64,000 nt of DNA. It comes from Perkinsus olseni. Taxonomy: Eukaryota. The notes under the pieces are model-generated. The model saw only the letters and a program-made list of their open reading frames with translations, did no database searches and was not told where the DNA came from. The stretch covers positions 1 through 64,000 of the forward strand of contig JABANN010000051.1 of assembly GCA_013115125.1 (NCBI GenBank), in the 5' to 3' direction. The translations under genes and the position numbers were made by a program. Below, in pieces: positions 1 through 10,923 of this stretch (position 1 is the first letter of the stretch; each line of letters starts with the position of its first letter).

Positions 1-671
1 CTTCCCACTAAGGCCATAGAGGAAGGGGATGTCACTGGAGGAGGTCGGACTCTGGGGAGTGTCGTCAGAGGGGACCTTCTGATGTTTCCTCTTCCATAAA
101 AACTCCGAGGGTTCCTTCTTAGTATCGAGGATAGACTTGAAAGGATCGTCGGATTCGAACATGGGGGTGACAGGCTCTTTGTCACTTCTACTCTCAGATG
201 GAGCTTCGAAGTGTTGCCCTTCGGAAGAATCCTTGTGCTCATTCTTTTCTTCGGTGGGAGTCTCATCTTTGCCTTCCTCTGCAGGCAGAGCCACTGATTG
301 TTTATCTTGGATGGCATCTCTTTCCCTCCGGCAGAAGTCAGGTCGTGGCGTTTTTTCTTCAGTGTGGACACACCGAAGGACCTCTTCTAAGAACCACCGC
401 CCTGATCTTTCTCTTTAGCCTCGTCCTTGTTCTTTTCCTTCGTGATTGAGAAAAGACCGGAGCGTGTTTTCTTACAGGAGATCTCGCCACGGTCATCTTT
501 CCCAGGGGGAGTCTTATCTTCATTCCTTCTCTTGGGCGATAACTTGCTCAGCTTTTTCTTCATCTTCTTCCAAGATGACGTAGATGCCTCGACGTAGAGG
601 GCCACCAGTAGGATGAGGGGTAAGACAATGCGAACGAGCATGGTCATTGAAGTAGGCTGACAAACAAGCAC
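1..671 (-). CDS. Putative secreted, charged low-complexity protein; possibly a pseudogene or incompletely spliced model
   Basis: N-terminus MTMLVRIVLPLILLVALYVEA resembles a signal peptide. K/E-rich coding-like sequence continues in a shifted frame after the stop at 387 (EEGKDETPTEEKNEHKDSSE...). Confidence 0.35.
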
Positions 672-1278
672 GGCCCTTACAAGAGTTCAGCAATTACTGT
701 CATTCGTCGGGAAAACTTATTCATGCTCGAAAGGCCAAGTTTCTTGCATAGTTTCTTGCACTCTAGTGAGGCCCTCAGCGTCTCTCTGGCGCTCGAAAAG
801 CCAGAATATTCGCCTACGCACAGGCGAGGAAGTGAAGATCTCACGGGAACTTTGAAGCCTCAAAACGGTGATGGGCTTGAGTACGTGGGCGACTCTCGTC
901 GTGCGATACGACGCATGTTCGCTAACACTTCAGCGAACGAACGATCCCTGCGGTGATTTCATGTAGTCTTCACCCGGTCCTTATTCCTCTTGGACACAGA
1001 GAGAAGTATGTGACGCTCACCCAGCAGCTAACGTCAGTGTTCGATGGGGACCTCAAGGGTACTTCGATTCGAAGTCGAGGTCGAACCAAAATGTCACGCC
1101 AAATCCGACCCTGCTGATCTACTCACCGACGGTCTTACTTTCCAACTCTGTGGCTATAACTTCCGCTATAACAATCCAGAGCCTGCTGATGAGTACAAGT
1201 TGCTCAGGAAGGCGAATTACGTTCCCCTCCCTGACTTCTATTTCCGCCATAGTCTGGACTATGATGGCCGTCGCGTCT

Positions 1279-1917
1279 CTAGTCAAGACTCTCAACTCCT
1301 ATGCCGTGGAACTTCGCTTCCGTAGCTTTAGAATGCCTGCTCATTGCCATGGAGTTACAGGATGTTCCGCTAGAAAAGGCGGAATTCGCACTCATAGTAG
1401 GACACCGTGTAATCGTTCTCTTGGTGGAGCACCTATAAGCAGTGTCCCCATTGTACTCTACGCAGCTAGTGAAAAGTATCTTGTTGATCAGCATGCACGA
1501 TGCACACCAGGTCGTCGATAGATCACTGCAGCACAAGCCCGTGACATACGTGACACGATTCTTAAAACCATCATGGCCTATAAACTTCATCATCGTATAA
1601 GAAGGAAATTTTCCTTATGGGGTAGTAGGCTTCAATCCAGGCACAAACCTTCTGTACCACTTTACTAGATTTTTGCATTTATTAAGGGGACCAACAAACT
1701 GTCCATGATGGCCGCCCCAATAAGTGTGAGCTAATCCAGGAGTTATCTGGTCCTGATGAAAACCCTCGAGCATGTAAGACTCGGTGCTCCCATCTTCTGT
1801 AATTTGAGCTAATAGCGAACTAGCAACCGGTAGGAGGCGGATCTCGTTACCTTCACTTTCCCTGCTCAGTCTTTGCTCCCACATCCTCTCCTTCCAGGCA
1901 ATTTTCTTACCCTTCAT
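1279..1917 (-). mobile_element. Degenerate Ty3/Gypsy-like pol remnant
   Basis: Two same-frame ORFs split by one stop at 1615. Fragments resemble the integrase Zn-binding region (RLLPVASSLLAQI...AHTYWGGHHG), the RT thumb (LVKWYRRFVPGL) and the end of RNase H (VTYVTG...SDLS). No catalytic motifs seen and the fragment order is not canonical. Confidence 0.3.
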
Positions 1918-2774
1918 TATGTCGATTCCTTCATTTTAGCCCCACCTCTCTGTAGTGTTCTCCACAATTTCTCTAAGTACTCTCTCTCCCTTCTCTCTCT
2001 TCCCCTCCAGTCACTTCTCATTTGCTTTCTATCCTCACCCTCTTTTGCCGTCGGCGCTCTCGCGCCATTCCCTGCCCTTTGTCCCTCGCCACCTCTTTTC
2101 CCGCACCCTCTCTTCTCTCCCTCTTTATTTCCTCCCAATCGGCTCTCATTTTCTGTCTCTCCTGGCCCGCTACTTTCTGCCACTCTTTTCATCATCTCCT
2201 TCATTTGCATCTTTTCCTCCTTTCCCTCTTCCGCCGTCTGTTGCTTCTCCATCCTGCAGTGCCCCGTCTCGGGATCAAAGTAGATCTCTCTTTTATGATC
2301 TTCATCAACACCGTAGAAGACATCCGCCCTCCACGGAACGTTGCTGATGGACGAATCCAGCTCGTACAAGCGCTTTACCCTGTTCAGTCTACTCGTCAAG
2401 TTAACTGTGTCCACATGTGAGTCTCCCTGCGGCGTTAATTTATCAAATTCTAGACGCTTGTCATGGTAGTGTATTCGGGAGCGATATGCTGTCGACTCCC
2501 AATCGTCCTTACTCACGACGTAAACATCGACGTCTAGATCGGCCCTCCTCTCACAGTACGCAGCCACATGCACCACTTGACACATACCAGGCTTGCGTAG
2601 AGGCGGGTCTACTGTAGTCTTTCGGAGGTGAGAGTACATTCGCCCAGCGTAGGTCTTATGTAAAACAGGTATCTCCCCTCGGAACCATAGAGCCATGGGA
2701 TGTCGCGGTAGGGAGTTTGCTCTGCGATACTCGAACCCTTGACGTGGAGTGAGATGACGGTAACCACAATACAT
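1917..2774 (-). CDS. Intronless hypothetical protein with an E/K/G/R-rich C-terminus
   Basis: 285-aa uninterrupted ORF; its last third is encoded by a purine-rich tract. No family recognised. Confidence 0.35.
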   Translation of the reverse strand: MYCGYRHLTPRQGFEYRRANSLPRHPMALWFRGEIPVLHKTYAGRMYSHLRKTTVDPPLRKPGMCQVVHVAAYCERRADLDVDVYVVSKDDWESTAYRSRIHYHDKRLEFDKLTPQGDSHVDTVNLTSRLNRVKRLYELDSSISNVPWRADVFYGVDEDHKREIYFDPETGHCRMEKQQTAEEGKEEKMQMKEMMKRVAESSGPGETENESRLGGNKEGEKRGCGKRGGEGQRAGNGARAPTAKEGEDRKQMRSDWRGRERREREYLEKLWRTLQRGGAKMKEST

Positions 2775-3732
2775 AGCGAACGATCCAACATAGCGCTTGA
2801 GAGTAAATTAATGAGCTAAGATAGAATCACGTGAGCTACCGGAGATTGCCTGAGAGCTTTTGCCCGAGTACAGTTTAACGCACCACCCGTGCTCGACCCA
2901 GCGAAAGGATTCGCTGTGCGCGATTTACGTCACTTTCCTAAGCCTATGGTGCTGCGACAGCTCTACCCTCCAGCTGGCTCCCAATATTTCACATCAAAAA
3001 GTGAACGGCGAGACGGCAGGGCCGTCCGAGACGGTGCGTCTCGTGCCCGGCTGATCGATCGCGGACGAACGAACTGTGACGCTGTGTCACTACTCGCCAG
3101 CACTGGTGTGGAGACGCGGTATGACTCACTTATTCGTGTGCAATGGAGGAAAGATAGGAGGACCATAGACTATGGTCCAGAGTCTGATAGAGCGGAAGGG
3201 TGATACGAGGAGCTGGCGACTGGGGAGCTATCCGATGCTCCCAACTGTTGCGGAGCCCCAGACTTCAGATCAGCCCTCATGTTATCCCCCTCTGTATGTA
3301 TTGACCGAAATGGAAGACTTCGAGAGAGTAAACTATTACTTCCTCATCTCATAACAGGCTTCCACTATTTCACTAGATGTTAGCTTTTCACCCTGAGATA
3401 CTAGCTCCCGTGGCATGCATACTGGTATTTCCGAAAAAAATCCATCTCGAGGTGAATCAGGCCAACGCTTACGATGTGTTCCATGAATGGCCAGTGCCCA
3501 TGGCGCTGATGTCACATTCGCCTACTGGTTGCGCCTGGTACGACTGAGCTAATGAACCTCGATGGATTTGATTATGTTTCATCATCCTGTTCTCAGCATG
3601 AAATCAACCCAGTTCATCAACCTTCCCGTGTACCACTTCAACAACCCAACAGTCTACTCATAAGCACACATATTACGAACAGAAACTAAAACTGGTGGGG
3701 AATGGCCAGAGATGGCGAAGTCATAGTACTAC

Positions 3733-5249
3733 TCACGACAAGGCATACTTCGGTATGGTTAGTTCCACTTCTCTCGCTGTCGTATCCGGTTTAATATATA
3801 TTTTACCATTCTCCAAATACTTTTTCGCAGATTGCACCATGGCCTGTTTTGTATTCATCTGCATCCCCTTCGGTGCGTGTATCTGCGCTATGCCTAATAA
3901 ATCATCCTCATCATCCCCCGCCGAAGCGACGACGATTTTTCCAATGCTTTCACCATCGCAAAATATCTGAAAGAAATGGCAGTGAAAACTATCCTTTAAA
4001 TAATTGTTACTTCAGTGCCCGGTTCAACATTCTCTCCAACAGCATTGCTCCCTCCTAGGCGTATACCGAATAATCTCTTCCTCACCGCTAGCTTCTTAGA
4101 CGCCCGAGTGGTTAATTCTTGACCAATGTAACTGTCAGGCCGGATCATCCGTCCAACATCATCACCAAATGCCATTATTACCATCCTTTATTGAATGCAA
4201 TGTGGTTAGTGATATCCAGGTTGTAATTTAACGGTAAAATTTTGTCTGGTGTCATTTCCTGTGGCCCCTCCGGTACTACTAGCCCTACACGTAACCGTCT
4301 ATATGAAGACTCTGTCGACTGTGGATCAGCATCTAAAACCATTAGCACAATGAAAATAGTGTTGAAATTTCTCGCTGGCATCACCATTGCTATTTTCCTT
4401 CGGTAGTATAGCCCTGACGCCTAGCTCCTTGACTCTAGGGTCTTCATATCCGCTCACTTCAGTAGCACGACCACTATCATCTCCACTACCATTTTGGTAG
4501 AATGAAGGCGATGGTGGTGTCCAGTAAACTCCTAATTCATCCATTTTCTCTATATCCAGTGGTAAATGTACTCTATGTCTGATGAATAACCGCATAACAG
4601 TATCCACCACAGTCTTATCAACATCGACCAGCAAGCTCTCCTCCTTCCCATTACCATTCTCAACCTCGCCAAAACTATCGGGCTTCTGTGCTACCCCAGT
4701 ATACCTAGCATGGTGCTTTAATAATAGATCACAGTAACAGCCCAATTTAAAGTGAATTCCAGCGATGGCCGTAACAGCATGGTTGAAAGCCCAAGTGTCA
4801 CTCGAACTATCAGTCTTACATTAGACAATCAAAAAGTACTCTTCCTTTAGGAGATAGGAAAACTGCCGCTGCGACTGTTGGTTGAATTTCTCCTTCAGGA
4901 CCATTCGCCCCCACGCCAAACACACGACACACATCCTGAGTACCTACACTGATAGCCGTCAAGAAGCGCTGTCGCATTGCCGAAAATTCTGATATCAACC
5001 GGATAAGGTGTTGTGACCACGCTCGCAATATTCTTTCGTGAGCTAAGTACGACTATTACATAGTCCCTGCATGAAGTTGAATGTCCCTTTACCAGAGACC
5101 TTAATAAGGCTTCGGCTCTTCAAAAGCCTCAGAGTACCCCTAGGCACCATAGTTGAGAAGGGTTGGGATGCCATTACCCGCCCTACTGCAGCTGTTACGA
5201 TGGGGCGTATGGTTGGGTAGATAGAGTTGAATAAGGAGTGGTATAACAT
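3733..5249 (-). CDS. IBA57: Mitochondrial Fe-S maturation factor IBA57/CAF17 (YgfZ family)
   Basis: Presequence-like N-terminus, RSLIKVSG, FLSPKGRVLFD, LPLNYNLD. The signature KGCYIGQELT is restored by splicing an intron that splits the Cys codon (~4132-4181). Ends ...ELTIPKYALS*. Confidence 0.92.
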
Positions 5250-5517
5250 GTTAGTAGAAAAATGTCACCTTTTATCGTCTGGTCACTGGGGATAACGCGA
5301 CATCATCAGCCGTATTGCAACGGAAACAAAATAACAACAACCAGGACTACTGCCGAGTGCTGCTATTGATGATGATAGTAATGACAGTAAGAACAAGTAT
5401 CACAATCACTATCATCGAGAAAGTATCCGAAACATGGGTTTCTTCTTATCACTCCAACTCAGTGCATCAGAATCTGCCGTGAACAAGGATCGACCTAGGA
5501 TACTCCTCCCGGCAACA

Positions 5518-8062
5518 CTACCTTGAAGATGTTCCGAAGCTGTTGAAGTTGGGAGGGGATGATGGGAATCCGCCAGATCCAGAAACGAATGCCCTGATAT
5601 GTTGTTAAAACGCAATACTTACCTCGGCCATAACATTACCTTCCGATGGTTCGCCTGTGCTGCACGGCTTCCTCTTTTTCCTTTTTTTCTATCAGATATC
5701 TCTTGCCGATATTGCCGTCTAATCCACCACCATACTTCTTAATGAAATCTCTCAAGTCCTGACATCAACAGCCATCACAATCATGAAGTGGTCCCCACCA
5801 ATACGACTACCTCTTGACTGACAGCTGCCGCCTTGAGGAAGTCTATCAGATCGTACAGCTCCCTGTCATCCGGATCGCCATCGTAGGGTTTAATGAGAAT
5901 CTATAGAGTTTCGGTATGGCGGGTAATGCGGCCAATGTCAGTACCCCGTTATCCTTGTTCTTTCCTAATGCCACTTCTTCATGATCTAGCTGTATGATCT
6001 TGTCTGCTTTACGACCAAGTTGACCTAAAGATGCGTTACCATGATGAAAAGAAATTTTACACTGATATTACTGATATCCTTGACATATCCCTTTCTAGTC
6101 TTCCTGCAGAAGTCTCTGTGCAATACACCGGTACAGGGCACCTCCCACTTCATCATGACGTCCGATGCCACCGGAACAACATCGTCTAAAACAACACCAC
6201 GCTACCGATGCCCGTGCCAGACCGTCCGTTGTTCTACCAGAATAGCACACTAGTTCGTAGTAATGCTGCAGTTCCTTGAAGAACTTGTCGGCTCCGGGCC
6301 GCTTGACCACTTGCCACCCCGTCTTCCGCTGAAGTGGAAACAATCGGACGAGCTGCGGAAGGAATGGTATGATTACATCATATTCTAAATGGCATACGAC
6401 CTTGTCGAGATCCACTATCAGTGTTGGCACATACTCTGGGTAATGCATCGTCTCCAAGTCCAGCAACCAAGGACCTAGTCGCGAACAACCACATCGATGA
6501 AGATTCGATCGACTGATTATAGTAGTAGTGGTGGTAGACTAGTAGTGGTAGTACCACTGGTAGTAGTGGGAAAGGTAGGAGGTAGCGGGTGGTAGTAATA
6601 GTAGCAGCAGCAGTAGCGATACTTGCTATTTTCCATCGTTTGTTGTTCATATTACCCTTCTTCATTGGTACTAACTTATCCCCTATGATCTGGAACCACT
6701 CCCTGGTGACTTCGTTAAAATTCTCGAAAGCATCGAGCGCCTGCCACGACCGTTGCTGTTGTAGCATCACTAGGACAGTTACTACCCTCTGTCCAAGGGA
6801 CTTGATCACAGATGAAGGGGTTGAAGATGCTCCTTGTTCTGTGGCTGATGATGGATTCTGCGATGATGATAGATAGTATCTAAGGTTGAACATTGATCAC
6901 GGCGGAATCATCATCTACCACTACTACCCGCTCAAACCTGCTAAGCCAGCCACCGATACGCCCAGAATCTGCATGAGAATAGCATTGATGATCCGTTAGC
7001 TCCCCCAACCACGTTATTACCTTCCACAGTGTCGCGTTGCTACTGCTCTTCCTGCCACCCCGAGAGCCGGTTGGCGTTCTTGGTGGCGGTGTTGTAGACC
7101 CGCTGGAGCCGTCACCACCGCTGGTCTGCTCCTTCTCTGGTGGCGGTGTTGTAGGTCCGCTGGAGCCGTCACCATCGCTGGTCTGCTCCTTCTCTGGTGG
7201 CGGTGTTGTAGGTCCGCTGGAGCCGTCACCACCGCTGGTCTGCTCCTTCTCTGGTGGCGGTGTTGTAGGTCCGCTGGAGCCGTCACCATCGCTGGTCTGC
7301 TCCTTCTCTGGTGGCGGTGTTGTAGGTCCGCTGGAGCCGTCACCATCGCTGGTCTGCTCCTTCTCTGGTGGCGGTGTTGTAGGTCCGCTGGAGCCGTCAC
7401 CACCGCTGGTCTGCTCCTTCTCTGGTGGCGGTGTTGTAGGTCCGCTGGAGCCGTCACCNNNNNNNNNNNNNNNNNNNNNNNNNNNNNNNNNNNNNNNNNN
7501 NNNNNNNNNNNNNNNNNNNNNNNNNNNNNNNNNNNNNNNNNNNNNNNNNNNNNNNNNGGTGGCGGTGTTGTAGGTCCGCTGGAGCCGTCACCATCGCTGG
7601 TCTGCTCCTTCTCTGGTGGCGGTGTTGTAGACCCGCTGGAGCCGTCACCATCGCTGGTCTGCTCCTTGCTGAATGACGGTGCCTCTGAGGGCTCGGTGGA
7701 GGACGGTGATGATCCGGTGTACGCTGTGGATAGCCGCTCATTTTCCTCCATAACTTTTTGATCTGATTACGGTAGTGTTTGTAGCATAAAATTCCCAACG
7801 AAGTTCACCTCTATTTAAATTGCTTCCAGTGCCATCAACTCCATTCGTCCGTGACGAGGTCGACTCGGTTGTAATGAAAGCGACGCTAGGGTGTGTAGTG
7901 TGACGAATGAAGGAGCTCCGCATCATCGCTGGTGCGCAGCCTGAAAGGCTAGCATCAGGGCCAACCGCTACAGCAGACAAGCCTAGTACCTCTCGTAATG
8001 ATGAGCTGCTGCACTGGACGTACCAGTGCTGGGGCAAAGGCACGCCGAGACCACCCGAGCAT
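5518..8062 (-). CDS. TIM50: Mitochondrial import inner-membrane translocase subunit TIM50
   Basis: Presequence MLGWSRRAFAPALVRPVQQ, TM segment ILGVSVAGLAGYYL, then a NIF/FCP1-like domain: PTLIVDLDKVVCH, TGWQVVKRPGADKFF, YVKDIS, ILIKPYDGDPDDRELYDLIDFL. The 5' exons were joined by eye through GT-AG introns. Confidence 0.88.
7080..7668 (-). repeat. 57-bp coding minisatellite (19-aa unit PEKEQTS[D/G]GDGSSG[P/S]TTPP) containing an assembly gap
   Basis: Unit gtaggtccgctggagccgtcaccaYcgctggtctgctccttctctggtggcggtgtt; ~6.5 copies before and ~2 after the N run at 7459-7557. Confidence 0.95.
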
Positions 8063-8110
8063 TTTATAATGGACGATAAACTCTGGGAGGATAGCGATGA
8101 TAGCCCTCGA

Positions 8111-8212
8111 TCAATAAACTAACTCTGAGACTCAGAATCGATTCTGGAATTCTCTCTTACACGTAAAATGTGGTACCAGAATCGATTCCGAGTTTCAGCA
8201 TTAGTTTATTGA
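8111..8212. repeat. Inverted repeat, MITE-like hairpin
   Basis: 37-bp arms at 8111-8147 and 8176-8212 match at 33/37 positions, with a 28-bp spacer. Confidence 0.8.
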
Positions 8213-8588
8213 ACGCCCCCATAGTCGTTATGGGATCATCAATGTATCAATAATCCCCGAAAAAGACCACATCGTCCGGAGCGGGCAGTTCTTCACGCTT
8301 CACACCACGAAAATTCAGCTTACGCTTCTGGGGATGGTGAGTCTAACTAACGGTCTTTGGGGAGGTGATGATCTCCGTTCCATCGCTCAAATGTACTAGA
8401 CTAGCACCATCGATAACCAGCCAGAGTCGGCGGTACAATGGTATTGCGCAATTCGAAAATGTCGTTTGCGCGGTTTGAACCTGCGCGGGTTCACCACCCT
8501 CGGACTGCGCGTTTCGGCTGTCGACTTTCGCCCGCGCATTTGTGACTTTGTTCTCCTCAGCCGTTAGGGCATTCGTACATCTCATAAA

Positions 8589-10334
8589 ATGGGATCGGAT
8601 GCTCCTCCAACCTACCACCATCGATCGCTTATAGCCAGCTTGAGGACCCAGCTCCTGCGGATACCCGGATTGGGGTCGTTGCTGGCTCGGCGACCAGTGC
8701 GGGCCTGCCTCCTAATTTCCTTTTCACTGATCGTCAGCTTGTCAGCTCTTTGGCGGCTGGATCTATTCAACATCACCTTCAAGGTAACAATGGTATCTTA
8801 AGCTGAAGCGCGTGCTGTACGAGTCGCCGGTGTGCAGGTATGGGTACCATATTTCCTCCGCCCACTATGGGACCACGATCGTCGGTATCCGTATTCTTAC
8901 GTTGTTCCTAATTACGGCTGGAACGGCGATGCTGAGAGCACTTGCAAACTCTACGGCATGGAACCGGTACCTCTACGCTCGAATGGTTTAATCTTATTTG
9001 GACCGTGCCGTAGGTCGCAGAGCAGCCGAAGATTTTCGATATTTTCCTCTTTTCTGGCGAAAAGGATTTGCTGGAAATTAGGTTGCGTACACTGAGTGAT
9101 GTAAGACGACAACGACATCTCTCCCCAAAAGACAGCAGTAGCGCACGCGCAGGTGGTCGATAAGTTCGTGATTTTGGAGGGTACCGAGTCCTTCCAAGGC
9201 CAGCGTAAGGAGTTGGTGTATCCCCTCATCCGAGACGACCCGGCCTTTGAGCCCTTCCGCGACCGAATTCAGTACCGCGTAGTGGACGCGAATTCAGGAG
9301 GGTAATACTCAGAAATCGATGGGGATTTTCAAGGCAGGGGTGTGTGTGTTTTTAGAGGGTTTAAGGCGGAGGGAATGCACCGAGGAATGAACATGCTCAG
9401 AGCTGCAGAGGAGGCGGGCCTCAAACAGGGAGACATCTTCGTAGTCTCCGACTTGGACGAAATCCCGAGACCGGACGTGTTGAGGTTCTACTGCGGCAAC
9501 ATTGGTGTTCTCTATTACGCGTGCCCTGGTCAGAATTCTGAGCTCGTGTGGTCCTTGGCCGGAAGGAAACAAGAGGGTCCAGCTCGATCTGCGCAACCAC
9601 CTCTACGCTTTTTCCTTGACTTACAGGGAGAGAACTCGGGCGGCGAGTGTCAACAGGTAGAAAGGGTCGTAGGCAGACGATTGAGGCAGCGTAATTGCTT
9701 AACGGTAGGTATGATCCTGCGGTACCGGTGGATTCCACATTCACTCACGGTCCGGCGGGCTCGGAGGTCGTCATGGCTGACGCTGGGTGGCATTGTAGCT
9801 GGTGTCTGCAGTCATTGTCACAGTTCAAGGCCAAGGCTTTGGGATACTCCCATCAGGACAGGTCAGTCACTTGCCATGGAGCTTTACGGCTGTTGTTATT
9901 CGACTGAGTGCTCTTTTTCTCTGTACTGTGTGGGCGTGTATCGGCTTTTCCCTTCCCTTTCCGGAGGCTTCGTTTGACGATGGAATGCTGGCAGGCGGAG
10001 CGAAGCTGCGGTCGATCAGGTTTCTTCATCGTAAGATAGCCACAACCTCCACTGAGCTCCAAAGGCGGATATGTCAAAGACTGCCAACAGTGGACGGCTT
10101 CATCCCGGAGGCCTACGAGTACAAGGAGATGGCGATGCTTAGCTTGCCGCTCAGATTCACAGCCAGCAGTAGTACGGGATCATTGTAAATTTGATGGACC
10201 ACCTCCCCGAAAATTCTACGATCGATTTAGTATCTCGCAGCCTGATTCGGATATTCAAGAACTCCTTTTTCCTCGTCGATCCCAGAGTGCCCTTCTTCGC
10301 AAGGCTACACTTTTACGCCCGGCTGAAGCCCTAA
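8589..10334 (+). CDS. Glycosyltransferase family 17 (MGAT3/GnT-III-like), type II membrane protein
   Basis: N-terminal TM; KIFDIFLFSGEKDLLEIRL; VDKFVILEG; DIFVVSDLDEIPRPD; DAGWHCSWC; KALGYSHQD. Confidence 0.88.
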
Positions 10335-10923
10335 TGCGGGCCCGACGAACATTCTGTTCTCGTTAACTTGTCTGGAAGGAGCTTAACAGTAGAGCTGTAG
10401 CGTTCATTGAGCTTTTCTGGAGGCAAAATCTGTCTCCCATTTCTATTTTTCCGGTCGTTATCGTCCTGAAGGGAATCCACTGGCATCTTGGTTCAGGTCT
10501 GGACGTGCCGGGGCCGGTAAGAAGCGATCCAAAATTCAATTATCTTCTAATGGACTGCCGACGTCCCGAGATCGACACTCCGGAATCAATCTCGGAGATG
10601 GAAAATGCGAAGCCTTGGGGCAGAGAGTGGCAGTTTGGTGAAGGCACTCTGCCTTGGTTGGACTAGTGTAGCAGCCCGTCCCTTGTTTAATAAATTGACT
10701 GTCGTCCCTCAAGGGCCGACATTGCTGTTCAGTAATCGTTTGACTTTGGTCTTTTCTTCGAATCATTCTTACTACGGTATTACATAAGCTTACCGTGTAT
10801 CATTCTGCACAGTAACAAGCACCCATCACAAGCTTGGGAACGTACGAAGCGTTACTGCGTTGGATCCTCGTCGTTGGGGTTTAGCGGTTGACGGTAATTT
10901 CAGTTTTCTCGAGGCTTCCTCGC

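Noticed and set aside
4130-4190. Apparent loss of the conserved Cys in IBA57 (ORF track shows KGW / SYIGQE)
   Set aside because: An intron splits the TG|T codon; splicing restores KGCYIGQE.
6500-6630. TAG/TGG/CAG-rich tract
   Set aside because: Simple low-complexity sequence inside a TIM50 intron.
7080-7668. Regular repeat array considered as a CRISPR array
   Set aside because: The units are contiguous with no unique spacers, the length is a multiple of 3, and the array is in frame within a eukaryotic gene.
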